A stretch of 64,000 nucleotides of DNA from Nitrospirota bacterium. Lineage in GTDB: Bacteria > Nitrospirota > UBA9217. The stretch is from positions 96,001-160,000 of the forward strand of contig CAVUCU010000001.1 of NCBI GenBank assembly GCA_963740085.1, given 5' to 3'. Below, in pieces: positions 20,116 to 29,877 of this stretch. The notes beneath the pieces are model-generated. The model did no database searches. It saw nothing but the letters and a program-made list of their open reading frames with translations, and was not told the DNA's origin. The number at the start of each line of letters is the position of its first letter. The stretch's first letter is position 1. The translations under genes were made by a program, and so were the position numbers.

Positions 20116-20158
20116 TATGATGCACATCATAGCCCTCTCCATCGATATATGCTATCGT
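20116..20158 (+). promoter_or_regulatory. CRP/FNR-type palindrome with class II -10 element upstream of the cupin gene
   Basis: TATGAT-GCAC-ATCATA at 20116-20131; TGn-TATCGT at 20153-20158. Confidence 0.6.
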
Positions 20159-20267
20159 AAGTTCACCTAAGGGGTCGGAAACCGCAGCGTTAAGATGTTT
20201 GCAGATGACGACGCATCGCGACTCTGAACCTTGAACTGCGAAATTCATTTCTGCACACGGAGGCACC

Positions 20268-20582
20268 ATGGAAATGCTCGACTTGAAGAAACTGATCACG
20301 TTCAAACCCGACCGGATCTCGCGCGAGATGCTTTCGGACAAACCCGAGATGCGCGTCGCGCTCATGTGCCTGGATGCAGGCCAGAAGCTTGATCCCCATA
20401 AGGCGCCGCTCCGGCTCTTGATGTACTGTGTCCAGGGCAAAGGAACCTTCACGGTGGGCGATGAAAAAAGGGAGGCCGATGAGAAGACCTGCATCTTGTG
20501 CGAACCCAATGTTTCGCACGGCTTTGCCGCCGACAGGGGAGAAAAGCTTGTGGTCATGGCGATCGTTACACCGGTCGACTGA
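20268..20582 (+). CDS. Cupin domain protein
   Basis: GQKLDPHKAP...VQGKGTF...PNVSHGF; GGAGG RBS. Confidence 0.85.
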   Translation: MEMLDLKKLITFKPDRISREMLSDKPEMRVALMCLDAGQKLDPHKAPLRLLMYCVQGKGTFTVGDEKREADEKTCILCEPNVSHGFAADRGEKLVVMAIVTPVD

Positions 20583-20641
20583 GTTCCGGGAAGGATTGCG
20601 ATCCCAGCGCCGTAGGAAGCCAAAGACTTAGAGAATCAACG

Positions 20642-20676
20642 AAAAGGCCCCTGTTTAAAGAGGGGCCTTTGCTTTT
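20642..20676. terminator. Bidirectional terminator between the convergent cupin and HPP genes
   Basis: AAAAGGCCCCT...AGGGGCCTTT. Confidence 0.7.
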
Positions 20677-20717
20677 CAAAAGGAAGAGGCTTTTCTGAGG
20701 ATAATACCTCTATTCTT

Positions 20718-21263
20718 TCACAACCAGTACTCGGGATATCTCCTGTTTTTTGACAGGTTGTTCACGAGCAAAGCTACAATAAGCAGAATGACCGCCCCTG
20801 CCCCGGCAGGAACGAAGGCGTATAAATACGAGAGATTGTGGATTTTTGCGCCGCCGATGACCGCGATCAGCGCAGTAGCGCCTCCAGGCGGGTGGAGTGT
20901 CTTCGTAGCAAGCATCGCGACTATGGCGAGGGAAACGGCCATGGCTGCCGCCATCCAGATATTCTCGCCCAAAAGTTGGTAGCAGACCACCCCCACAAGA
21001 CCTGAGATGATATGACCACCGATGAGATTGCGAGGCTGCGCCAGAGGGCTCTTGATTGCGGCATACACCAGGACAGCTGACGCCCCAAAGGATCCGATCA
21101 ACAGGGTCGAATCCCGTGGCTCAAAGTACTGCAATGAACAATACCCGCAAATGCCGATACCGATCGCTGCCCCGATCCATGACCAGACAAGTTCGGAGAT
21201 ACCGACCCCCGGGGGGCTCTTTGCCCCGCCTTTCATTTTCAAAAGATATTCCGAGATGCTCAT
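20718..21263 (-). CDS. HPP family membrane protein
   Basis: GSFGASAVL...SPLAQPRNLIGGH...LHPPGGATAL. Confidence 0.92.
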   Translation of the reverse strand: MSISEYLLKMKGGAKSPPGVGISELVWSWIGAAIGIGICGYCSLQYFEPRDSTLLIGSFGASAVLVYAAIKSPLAQPRNLIGGHIISGLVGVVCYQLLGENIWMAAAMAVSLAIVAMLATKTLHPPGGATALIAVIGGAKIHNLSYLYAFVPAGAGAVILLIVALLVNNLSKNRRYPEYWL

Positions 21264-21313
21264 AAATGAGGTTCACTCTTCAGAGAAGCACTGGACAGCA
21301 GGTAACGAGATCT

Positions 21314-21377
<64 letters not shown>

Positions 21378-21380
21378 TAC

Positions 21381-21968
21381 TCAACTCTTTTGCCCTATCG
21401 CCCTCACAATGTCAGCACGGGAAACAATGCCGAGAAGCTTCCCAGCGTTATCGACGACCGGCAGCCTCTTGATCCTCCGTTCTTCAAATATTTTAGCCAC
21501 CTCCATGACCTCGTCGTCAGCCTTGCTCGTAATCGGAGGGAAGCTCATGACATCCTCAACCTTGTTTCCTCCGGAACGGGCAGGCACGGGCTCGCCCAGG
21601 ATAGTGCGAAGAATATCCTTGAACGTGTGCTCCCTCTTCATGCCCGCAAGAGTCAGAATGTCCGCCTCGCTGATGACGCCGATCACGCGGTTGTTCTCGT
21701 CGACAACCGGCATGCCGCTGATCCTGTTCTCCGACAAAAGCCGTGCGGCCTCGTGCAGGTCGGCATTCCGCTTAACGCTTACCACGGTTGTCATCATAAT
21801 TTCCTTCACGAGGACCCGTGAGATCGTCCGCTCTCGCGCATGCCGGAGAGCGATCTCATATATCTTTTTGAGATCCTCCTCGGTGATATCCATATAAGCC
21901 TTCATCTCTTTGAGTGCCGCCCTCAGGTCCTCTTCCGAAGGCGATGAACAGAGATTTCGGGGATCCAT
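21381..21968 (-). CDS. CBS-pair domain protein, HPP-associated
   Basis: DLRAALKEMKAYMDITEEDL; ISGMPVVD...GVISEADI; IKRLPVVD...GIVSRADI; AGGAGG RBS. Confidence 0.9.
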   Translation of the reverse strand: MDPRNLCSSPSEEDLRAALKEMKAYMDITEEDLKKIYEIALRHARERTISRVLVKEIMMTTVVSVKRNADLHEAARLLSENRISGMPVVDENNRVIGVISEADILTLAGMKREHTFKDILRTILGEPVPARSGGNKVEDVMSFPPITSKADDEVMEVAKIFEERRIKRLPVVDNAGKLLGIVSRADIVRAIGQKS

Positions 21969-22002
21969 ATGCCTCCTCAATATAAGGGAATTCGTCGAGT
22001 AA

Positions 22003-22045
22003 AGTATAAGATAAACCGGCGGCTGTCGGTATGATGCACGTCATA
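22003..22045 (-). promoter_or_regulatory. CRP/FNR-type palindrome with class II -10 element upstream of CBS-HPP
   Basis: TATGAT-GCAC-GTCATA at 22030-22045; TATACT at 22008-22003 with the same spacing as the 20116 site. Confidence 0.65.
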
Positions 22046-22047
22046 TA

Positions 22048-22980
22048 CTACTTCTTCTGGTCCTCGGTCCTTACGACGAGCCAGTACACCAGGCCGATGA
22101 CCAGAATCGCCGCGATCAGATAGTAGATGGATTCGGGGCGTTCATGCTTGAGCGTGGCGATCATCGTCTCCCGGATCATCGTGACGAGGGCAACGCCGAT
22201 GAACACGCTGATATGGAATTTGCCGCCTTTGAGGTGGGCTATTTCGGTGTTCATGAGCTCGATCAGCAGCCAAAGGATAAGCATGGACCCGAGGGCAGAG
22301 ATGATGCCCCGTTCGAGATCGCCTGCGAGAAGATGTCCTACGTCAATGACAAATAGTCCGACCACGCCGAGCGTCAGGCCGATAAGCGCGAGGACAAGGA
22401 CAAGGTTCATGGATTGAGAGAAGCGTTCCGAAAAAGCGATGAGCGAGCTTTTTACCTTGTATGCCGGGGAATAGATCCGTAACTCTTCCTCGATATAGGC
22501 CGTAGTGATCACGTCCAGGCTGATATCGAGGATCTTGCCTACGGAAATTATCTTGTTGGTAGCCTCGACCTTGTCCTCCTCGTTCTTCTGGATAATGCCT
22601 ATGCATGCGTTCTTCACGAGGTTAACGGCCCGGTTCATGTAATGGGCATCGACGTTATGTTTGACGTGGGTCAACCCGATGCGAATAAGTTGCTCGTAGA
22701 ACCGGTTGTCGTACGTTCCTGAAAAGAGTTCGCGGAACCAGACATTCTGCGCGCTGAAAACGTGCTCTTTCCTTGACTCATCGTTAAAGAATTGGGCCGC
22801 GCCTTTGGTCCCCATGATCCAGAGACCGAGAGTGCTCATAACCTCTTCGCCGTGTTCTTCCATGAGTGGCTGCAACACAGCGAGGCGCTTCTCGTCTTCA
22901 TGCGTGAACCGGTAGTCGCCCTTTATTTCCCTGAAAGATCGCACGTTATGTCCTCCCCAACGTTCCGAATGATCATTCAC
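22048..22980 (-). CDS. Protoglobin (sensor globin) domain fused to a PsiE-family membrane domain
   Basis: WFRELFSGTYD...RIGLTHVKHNV...KILDI; C-terminal TM helices LWLLIEL...FIGVALVTMIRE. Confidence 0.8.
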   Translation of the reverse strand: MNDHSERWGGHNVRSFREIKGDYRFTHEDEKRLAVLQPLMEEHGEEVMSTLGLWIMGTKGAAQFFNDESRKEHVFSAQNVWFRELFSGTYDNRFYEQLIRIGLTHVKHNVDAHYMNRAVNLVKNACIGIIQKNEEDKVEATNKIISVGKILDISLDVITTAYIEEELRIYSPAYKVKSSLIAFSERFSQSMNLVLVLALIGLTLGVVGLFVIDVGHLLAGDLERGIISALGSMLILWLLIELMNTEIAHLKGGKFHISVFIGVALVTMIRETMIATLKHERPESIYYLIAAILVIGLVYWLVVRTEDQKK

Positions 22981-23065
22981 TGTTGAACCATCGTATCGGC
23001 CGATGGATGTTCACTTTCAGCGCAAGGCTGACCATCGCTTCGTTTCTTCGGTCATTCGGTTATCT

Positions 23066-23254
23066 TTAGCCGCTCCAGCTGATGGCCTGCACGGGGCAGG
23101 CATCGATCGCATCCTGGCACCTGCAGGTATCGCATTTGTCGGGACCCGTTACCTGCGATTTATCGTTCACGAGTTCAAATACCCGGGGACAGACCTCTGC
23201 GCAGTTGCCGCAGCCGATACAGGTATCCTCATCCACTACCGGCACCTTTGACAT
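23066..23254 (-). CDS. Single-cluster [4Fe-4S] ferredoxin
   Basis: CIGCGNCAEVCP...CPVQAI; AGGAG RBS. Confidence 0.9.
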   Translation of the reverse strand: MSKVPVVDEDTCIGCGNCAEVCPRVFELVNDKSQVTGPDKCDTCRCQDAIDACPVQAISWSG

Positions 23255-23267
23255 CAACGCTCCTGTC

Positions 23268-23520
23268 TTATATCATTTCAAAGTTCTTGATGAACTGCCC
23301 GACCTGCACGCCGAGATAGACGCATTTGATGCCGTCCATGCAGGCATCGGCGTCCTTTTTTTCGAGATGGGTCGTAAGTTCCTTGGCGCCTTTCTTGAAT
23401 TTGATGATATAGGCGTTCTTTTCCTTGTCAAAGTCAAGGCTGGCAGCGATGCCGTATTTCTCGAATCTCCGGATACATCTCCGTAATTTTGTCCTTTAAT
23501 GCGACATTTGTGTAGCCCAT
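23268..23520 (-). CDS. Small hypothetical protein of about 83 aa with a 1-nt insertion near 23465
   Basis: AAGGAG RBS; MGYTNVALKDKITEMYPEI / EKYGIAASLDFDKEKNAYIIKFKK...DADACMDGIKCVYLGVQVGQFIKNFEMI reads through after removing one base. Confidence 0.65.
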
Positions 23521-23590
23521 GGTTTCTCCTTTCCCGGCAGGACTGTTTTCTTTGCACATCATCCGTACGCCGAATATGTTGTAAAAAGTA

Positions 23591-25264
23591 TTAACTGTTC
23601 TTAACTGCAGGGAGATAAATATAAAAGGTCGTCCCTTCTCCTGCCTGAGACTCCACGGTCATGAGACCGTCATGTCTCTTGATGATGGAATAACTGACCG
23701 CAAGACCGAGCCCCAGGCCCTTCTGGCTATAGGTGTCCTTGGTCGAATAATAGGGGTCGAATATCTTCGCCAGGTTTTCAGCGGGGATGCCGGCGCCGGA
23801 ATCCCGGATCGATATCCTCAGGTAATCCCCGTCCCGCAGCGGATAACTGTCCTTCGGTGAAATGCTCATGTTCTCTCCTCGAACGGTGAGCGTTCCGCCG
23901 TTCGGCATCGCCTCTTTTGCATTGATGACGATATTGGTAATAGCCTGCTTCATCTGTCCCTCATCAATTGCAACGCGATACAGATCGCCCGGGAAATCAA
24001 ATTCCGCCCTGATATTTGCTTCCTTCAGCAGGCCGCTGATGGTATTCACCGTCAATTCCGAAAGGGAAAGTATTTTTTTCATCGGGTCTCCGCCTGTGGC
24101 AAAGGTGATGAGGCGCCTGCTGAGCTCACTGGCTATTCCGCAGACATTTTCCGCATCGTCAAGCCTGCTGTAAGCCTTGTCACCCGGTTCCACCGACATT
24201 TTGGTGACCGCTATATTGCCGACTATTACGTTCAGGAGGTTGTTGAAATCATGGGCGATGCCTCCGGCAAGGATGCCGATCGACTCAAGCATATGCCCCT
24301 TCAGGCGCTCCTCCTCCGCTTTTTTTCTGTCGGTGAGGTCCACCATGATCGAAGCATAGCTTATTGCCTTCTGCGATTTGTCCCTTATCGCCACGGCGGT
24401 CAGCTCCACCGGTATTTTTCTTCCATCCTTTGCGAGCCGGACCGTTTCGTATCCGGAGAAGAACTCCTGCGTATTCAGGAGCATCATGCAGTGCCCCAGC
24501 TCCTTCTTGGCGATATCTTTCGGTATTACATCGGTAATGGGCCTGCCGATGATCTCTTGCGCGGGGTATCCGAGCATCTTCTCTGCCCCGCGGTTCCAGA
24601 CGATCGTATTGCCCTGCATGTCAATAGCACACACCGCGTTGGGAAGATTCTGTATGATCGAAGCAAGTAATCGTTCATGCTCTTCCGCTTTTTTCCGTTC
24701 CGTGATCTCCTCGAAAATACCCATGGACGCCGTGATCTTTCCCTCGGCATCGTGTATCGGGGCCGTCGAAAGGGCGACGTCGATCACGACCCCGTCTCTC
24801 CTCAGGCGCTGCGTCTCGATCGATTTTAACGTTTGTCCTTCGAATATTTTCCTGCGGAACTCCCGGAACTCCTCCTGCCTGTCATCGGGAATGAACGGGA
24901 GAGGTTCGCCGAGCACCTCATTCGCGGTCCAGCCGAATACCTGCTCCGCCGCCGGATTCCACAAGAGGCACGTTCCATCGTCGTCCATGATCGTTATCGG
25001 CAGCGGCGATGCCTTGATCAGCGTCTCGAGCCTGTGGTTGGCGGCCTGAAACTCTTTTTCGACCTGCTTGCGTTTTACGATCTCATTACTTGCCTGTCTG
25101 TACAGAATAACGCTCAGGATCCCGATAAGGGCGCTCCCGAACATTATGATAAATCCGATATTCCTGGATTTCATACCGGATACATGCCTGGCAACCATTT
25201 CAAGATCCTGTAAATAGATTATCTCCCAGCCCGGATAATTCATGATCTGAGCGCGATGGATCAT
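23591..25264 (-). CDS. Sensor histidine kinase, C-terminal part (TM-PAS-PAS-HisKA-HATPase); frameshifted from 25272..26051
   Basis: Two PAS domains (WNPAAE, WNRGAE); AGGIAHDFNNLL; N, G1, F and G2 boxes. Confidence 0.88.
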   Translation of the reverse strand: MIHRAQIMNYPGWEIIYLQDLEMVARHVSGMKSRNIGFIIMFGSALIGILSVILYRQASNEIVKRKQVEKEFQAANHRLETLIKASPLPITIMDDDGTCLLWNPAAEQVFGWTANEVLGEPLPFIPDDRQEEFREFRRKIFEGQTLKSIETQRLRRDGVVIDVALSTAPIHDAEGKITASMGIFEEITERKKAEEHERLLASIIQNLPNAVCAIDMQGNTIVWNRGAEKMLGYPAQEIIGRPITDVIPKDIAKKELGHCMMLLNTQEFFSGYETVRLAKDGRKIPVELTAVAIRDKSQKAISYASIMVDLTDRKKAEEERLKGHMLESIGILAGGIAHDFNNLLNVIVGNIAVTKMSVEPGDKAYSRLDDAENVCGIASELSRRLITFATGGDPMKKILSLSELTVNTISGLLKEANIRAEFDFPGDLYRVAIDEGQMKQAITNIVINAKEAMPNGGTLTVRGENMSISPKDSYPLRDGDYLRISIRDSGAGIPAENLAKIFDPYYSTKDTYSQKGLGLGLAVSYSIIKRHDGLMTVESQAGEGTTFYIYLPAVKNS

Positions 25265-25271
25265 ATACCGG

Positions 25272-26051
25272 TTACCCGCGGTATCTGCGGCATGGTGCTT
25301 TATCCACTTTTTCCATGCCGGTCCATGCCAGAGGTGCCTTCCCGAACTGCTGTGAAGTCACGACGTCGGACAGTGACTGTTGAGACGTTTTCCAGAGAAC
25401 GTGATAAAGCCAGTCCGCATGGCTTGAAGCAAATATCACTCCATGAGGGTCTACCATCACGACTGCTCCATCATGCTGTCCGACAATCTCTTTTTCAACA
25501 ACATCAATGGATGCTTTGATCACCACGACGCCTGAAGGGCCCGTTTGTCCTTTCGCGTACACCGGGTGGCTGAAGTACACTCCCCGCTTTCCCGAGGTAA
25601 CCCCCAACGCCATGTACAACGATGGAGCACCTTCCATTGATTGTTTAAAATAGGGGCGGAAGGCGTAATTTCTTCCAACGAAGCTCCCGGGCGTATCGTG
25701 GTTGGAGGAAGCAATGGTCGATCCAGACCGGCCGATCAGATAACAAACATCAACTGCCAGGGCATGTTGAAAATGATCGAGGGTCGCATTTGCGTCCCGG
25801 ATCGTGTCTGGACGTACCGCCTCAAGCGCCTTGCTTATGTCCCTTATGCCTGCCAGCGAAGCAGTGATCTTTTGATAGTCGGACAGGTAAAGGTTTATCG
25901 CGTCAGCAATCACCGTTATTTCCGTATCTGCGTTCTTATAGTACTCCAGAAAGGAGCTTTTCTTGACGGAAGAATAGTAGAGGTATCCGCCTATTGATGC
26001 GGTCAGGAATGCAAGCAATGCAAATATGATCATAATAACGCGTATCTTCAC
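25272..26051 (-). CDS. Sensor histidine kinase, N-terminal part (TM plus dCache-like periplasmic domain)
   Basis: GTG with GGGAG RBS; SFVGRNYAFRPYF...GVTSGKRGVYFSHPV (DctB-like); removing one A near 25300 joins it in frame to the downstream part. Confidence 0.8.
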   Translation of the reverse strand: MKIRVIMIIFALLAFLTASIGGYLYYSSVKKSSFLEYYKNADTEITVIADAINLYLSDYQKITASLAGIRDISKALEAVRPDTIRDANATLDHFQHALAVDVCYLIGRSGSTIASSNHDTPGSFVGRNYAFRPYFKQSMEGAPSLYMALGVTSGKRGVYFSHPVYAKGQTGPSGVVVIKASIDVVEKEIVGQHDGAVVMVDPHGVIFASSHADWLYHVLWKTSQQSLSDVVTSQQFGKAPLAWTGMEKVDKAPCRRYRG

Positions 26052-26158
26052 TTGTCTCCCGCCCTTGATCGAGATCGCCCTCTTAAACACTGCTCCGGGA
26101 ACCCGGTTGTTAGAATATATCATATTTTCAGGCTGAAAGCCGGGTCCGGGTGTGTTTT

Positions 26159-27277
26159 TTAACCCAGCCTTTTTTTGAACCGGAGCGAACTGAGGGTGAA
26201 CACGACAACGCCGAGGAGGAAGAGTGCGAGCATCTGCGGCCAGAGAATGCTGAACCCTATCCCCTTCAGAAAGATACCCCGAATGATAATGAGAAAATAC
26301 CGCAAGGGGTTGGCATAGGTAAGATATTGAAATATCGTCGGCATGTTCTCAATAGGAAACATGAAACCCGACAGGAGGATCGCGGGCATAAAGAACAGGA
26401 ACGTGGCCATAAGCGCCTGTTGTAGTGTTTTTGCGACCGTCGAGATGAAGAGGCCGATGCCGAGCACGGACAAAAGATAAATGGCCGTTGACAGGGGAAG
26501 AAGCCATAACGGGCCATTGACGGGAATATTGAATATCAACACCCCAAAGATCGTAACAAAGACCATGTCCAGGAACGCGATCAAGGCAAACGGGATGGTC
26601 TTGCCGAGGATCAGTTCCGCCGGCCTGAGCGGGGTGACCATCAACTGCTCCATGGTGCCTATCTCCCGTTCGCGCACCACGGCCATGGAGGTAAGCAGGA
26701 GCGACGTCAGCATGATCACAATGGCAATGACGCCCGGGACATTATAATTCTTGCTCTTGAGTTCGGGATTGTACCATGCGCGCTGCCGAACATCGATCCG
26801 CGCCGCGGAATGCGCGTCGGGACCTGCAAGGTCCAGGGAATACTTCTTTATGATACCGTTCGCATAACCCACGGCTACCGTCGCGGTATTGGAATCCGTA
26901 CCATCGGCGATCACCTGGATCGACGCGGGAATCTTTCTTTTCACGTCAGCGGAAAATCCATGATTGATCTGGATCGCCACGGCAACCGCTGCCCGGTCCA
27001 GCAATTCCTTGACCTCGCCGGGCGTTGCCGGCGAGGCAAGAATTTTGAAATATCCCGAGGAGGCAAACCGCCTGACCAGTTCCCTGCTTTCAAAGGAATT
27101 GTCCAGGTCCATGACCGCGGTCGGGATATTATTCACATCGGTCGTCACGGCAAATCCGAAAACCAGGGTCTGGAGGACCGGCACCGCAAAAATGATCGCT
27201 TTCATCCGCTTATCCCGCAGTACCTGGATGAACTCCTTGATCACCATCTGTTTTATGCGTTCCAGGGCCTTATGCAT
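26159..27277 (-). CDS. ABC-2 type permease (YbhR-like)
   Basis: KEFIQVLRD, DGTDSN, WYNPEL, REREIGTMEQL, LSGFMFP. Confidence 0.92.
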   Translation of the reverse strand: MHKALERIKQMVIKEFIQVLRDKRMKAIIFAVPVLQTLVFGFAVTTDVNNIPTAVMDLDNSFESRELVRRFASSGYFKILASPATPGEVKELLDRAAVAVAIQINHGFSADVKRKIPASIQVIADGTDSNTATVAVGYANGIIKKYSLDLAGPDAHSAARIDVRQRAWYNPELKSKNYNVPGVIAIVIMLTSLLLTSMAVVREREIGTMEQLMVTPLRPAELILGKTIPFALIAFLDMVFVTIFGVLIFNIPVNGPLWLLPLSTAIYLLSVLGIGLFISTVAKTLQQALMATFLFFMPAILLSGFMFPIENMPTIFQYLTYANPLRYFLIIIRGIFLKGIGFSILWPQMLALFLLGVVVFTLSSLRFKKRLG

Positions 27278-27375
27278 AAGATAGTTTCCCTCTGACAAGA
27301 TCAGCAACTCGTTGGATGTATGCTCGCCATCACGAGCGGCCGACGAATGACTTGAATTTTGAACCTTGATCTTTC

Positions 27376-27512
27376 GATGTACCCGTAAAAAGACTAAAAA
27401 ACACCAAAGTTGTCATTCTGAGCGCAGCGAAGAATCTCGCCTTTTCAATACGATGATAGACCCTTCACTTCGTTCAGGGTGTCACTTTCTTACTTATGAC
27501 GAGACCGTCATC
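27376..27512. repeat. Nested REP-like element (CHSERSEES type)
   Basis: Inner TGTCATTCTGAGCGCAGCGAAGAATCT...CCCTTCACTTCGTTCAGGGTGTCA inside an outer CGTAAAAAG...CTTATGACG; related copy at 41518. Confidence 0.7.
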
Positions 27513-27518
27513 TTTGTT

Positions 27519-28628
27519 CTAAACAATCTTCTTCCGGAACTTCCTGTTCGCGACTAAGAAGACGATCACGGCAAAGATCAGTAAAAATATCGCGTCGATC
27601 ACGAGGATCCTTACCGGGTTGCCTTTGAGAAAGATCCCTTTCAGCACCGTCACGAAGTATCGCGCCGGGATCAAACGGGAGATCAATTGAAGCGGTATCG
27701 GCATGTTCGAGATGGCGAACATGAATCCCGAGAGGAGGAACGCCGGAAGAAAGGTCCCCACCATCGCGATCTGGCTTGCGACGAGTTGGGACTTCGCCAC
27801 AATGGAAATGACGATGCCGAGCCCAAGAGCGCCAAAAAGAAAGACGCTCGAGACCACGGCGAGAATGAGGACATTGCCCCTCAGGGGCACTTCGAAGAGA
27901 TAAACAGCCATGAGCACGGAAATGACCATATCGATGAGCCCGATGAGGAAATACGGGACCAGTTTTCCGAGGACCACCTCTGACGGTTTCACCGGGGTCG
28001 CGATCAGTTGTTCCATGGTCCCCCGCTCCCATTCCCGCGCAAAGGTAAGCGAGGTGAGAAGAGCGGCGATCACCATCATAATGACCGCTATCAGGCCGGG
28101 GATGATGAAATTCCGCGACTTCAATTCCGGATTGTACCAGACCCGGACCCGGGGGTCGATGAGAGGCGTGGTCTGCCCGCCGGCCACACGCTGACCGTAA
28201 ATGTCGGTGAGCGCCGAAAGATACCCCAGGGCGATCGTCGCGGTATTGGAATCGCTTCCATCCACGATCACCTGGAGCTGTGCAATACCGCCCGATGCGA
28301 TCGTCTTTGCAAAGTCAACCGGTATTGAGACAGCGACTCGCGCTTTTCCTGCATCGAGGTAGGTGTCGATCTCGCGCTGGTCCTGGGCCATCCGAACGAT
28401 CGAGAAGTAACCCGAAGCCGTCAGTTCTGCCGTGAGTTCCCTGCTCACGCTGCTCCTGTCGGCATCGTACACGATCGTCGTGAGATTATTGACGTCAAGG
28501 GTAATGGCATACCCGAAGATGAACAAAAGCAGCACCGGCATGAGGAATGCCATGGCCAGGCTCAGCGGATCACGCCGGATCTGGACGATTTCTTTTTTTG
28601 CGATTGCTTTGATGCGAAGAAATTTCAT
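27519..28628 (-). CDS. ABC-2 type permease (YbhS-like)
   Basis: KEIVQIRRD, DGSDSN, REWERGTMEQL. Confidence 0.92.
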   Translation of the reverse strand: MKFLRIKAIAKKEIVQIRRDPLSLAMAFLMPVLLLFIFGYAITLDVNNLTTIVYDADRSSVSRELTAELTASGYFSIVRMAQDQREIDTYLDAGKARVAVSIPVDFAKTIASGGIAQLQVIVDGSDSNTATIALGYLSALTDIYGQRVAGGQTTPLIDPRVRVWYNPELKSRNFIIPGLIAVIMMVIAALLTSLTFAREWERGTMEQLIATPVKPSEVVLGKLVPYFLIGLIDMVISVLMAVYLFEVPLRGNVLILAVVSSVFLFGALGLGIVISIVAKSQLVASQIAMVGTFLPAFLLSGFMFAISNMPIPLQLISRLIPARYFVTVLKGIFLKGNPVRILVIDAIFLLIFAVIVFLVANRKFRKKIV

Positions 28629-28639
28629 AGAAACCCGAT

Positions 28640-28827
28640 TTCACCACGGAGACACTGAGTCACAGAGAAAACCGAAACGCATTTTCAACAATTAATCAGG
28701 ATGGCACAACTTATGGCTGAGACTTGAGATCACTTTTACGGAGAACTTTTGCGATCTTAAAAACCATTCCCCGTGTTCATCCGTCATTAATCCAAGTCAT
28801 TGCTCCGTGTCTCCGTGCCTCCGTGGT
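28640..28827. repeat. 9-nt-periodic inverted-repeat element
   Basis: ACCACGGAG ACACTGAGT CACAGAG opposite CTCCGTGT CTCCGTGC CTCCGTGGT. Confidence 0.75.
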
Positions 28828-28841
28828 CGATTATGGCTTTA

Positions 28842-29768
28842 TCACGCTGTCTCGATCAGTGTCACGAATACGTCTTCCAGCGAGGGCACGATCTTGTCTA
28901 CCCTTTGCACGGTGATGTTCTGCTCGCCTAATGTTTTATAGATCAACGGGACCGCCACCTTCGCGTCCTCCACTGTTGCATGGAGCAGACTTCCAAAGAC
29001 AGCGGCCTCGATCCCCTGTTTCTCAAGAAATCCCATCGCCTCGAAAACATGTTCGGCCTCGATTTCAAGGACGTCCCGGGTCATGTAGTTCTTCCGAAGC
29101 TCTTGCGGGGTCCCTGTTGCGATTATTTTACCGCGGTAGATGAGCGCAAGACGGTCGCAGTAATCGGCCTCGTCCATATAGTGGGTCGTAACAAAGACCG
29201 TGGTCCCGGCCCTGGCCATCTCGTAGATCATGTTCCAGAAGTTTCTGCGCGAGATCGGGTCCACGCCGGAGGTGGGCTCGTCAAGGAAAAGGATCGGCGG
29301 CTCATGAAGGATCGCGCATCCGAGCGCAAGCCGCTGCTTATAACCACCCGGCAGGGTCCCGGTGATCGTGCTGCTCATGTCTTTAAGACCCGCCATCTCG
29401 ATGGCCCATGCTTTGCGTGCTTCTCTTTTCGATTCCGGAACGCTGTAGATGCCGCTGAAGAAATTGATGTTCTGCTCGACGGTAAGATCGTCGTAAAGCG
29501 AGAACTTCTGCGACATGTAGCCGATGTTCTGTTTGATGTCTTCGGACCGGGAAATGATGTCGTAGCCGCCCACTGTCCCGGTCCCGCCGGTGGGGAGGAG
29601 AAGTCCGCAGAGCATTTTTATGGTCGTGGACTTGCCCGCGCCGTTCGGACCGAGGAAACCGAAGATCTCACCCTTAGCGACCTCGAGGTCGATGTGATCA
29701 ACCGCGACAAAGTCGCCGAAGGTGCGAGTAAGTTCTTTTACGGTGACGGCAACGTTGCTCTTTACCAT
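28842..29768 (-). CDS. ABC transporter ATP-binding protein (YbhF C-half-like)
   Basis: GPNGAGKST, LPGGYKQR, FLDEPT, TTH. Confidence 0.93.
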   Translation of the reverse strand: MVKSNVAVTVKELTRTFGDFVAVDHIDLEVAKGEIFGFLGPNGAGKSTTIKMLCGLLLPTGGTGTVGGYDIISRSEDIKQNIGYMSQKFSLYDDLTVEQNINFFSGIYSVPESKREARKAWAIEMAGLKDMSSTITGTLPGGYKQRLALGCAILHEPPILFLDEPTSGVDPISRRNFWNMIYEMARAGTTVFVTTHYMDEADYCDRLALIYRGKIIATGTPQELRKNYMTRDVLEIEAEHVFEAMGFLEKQGIEAAVFGSLLHATVEDAKVAVPLIYKTLGEQNITVQRVDKIVPSLEDVFVTLIETA

Positions 29769-29771
29769 GTT

Positions 29772-29877
29772 CCTGACTCCCTGAACTCTGAACTTTTAAC
29801 CTTGAACCCTTGCACTGAGAACGACTTGACTCTACAGACTCTAAAAACTCTATGAACTCTATAAACTCTTTAGACTG
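29772..29877. repeat. Adjacent 7-nt and 9-nt tandem arrays
   Basis: CTGAACT CTGAACT TTTAACC TTGAACC, then ACTCTACAG ACTCTAAAA ACTCTATGA ACTCTATAA ACTCTTTAG. Confidence 0.75.

Noticed and set aside
23273-23557. 94-aa ORF from the track
   Set aside because: Wrong frame; the RBS-supported gene is 23268..23520 with one indel
23548-23563. Third copy of the TATGAT-N4-ATCATA motif
   Set aside because: Only one half-site plus the spacer match, and it is too close to the start codon for the same geometry
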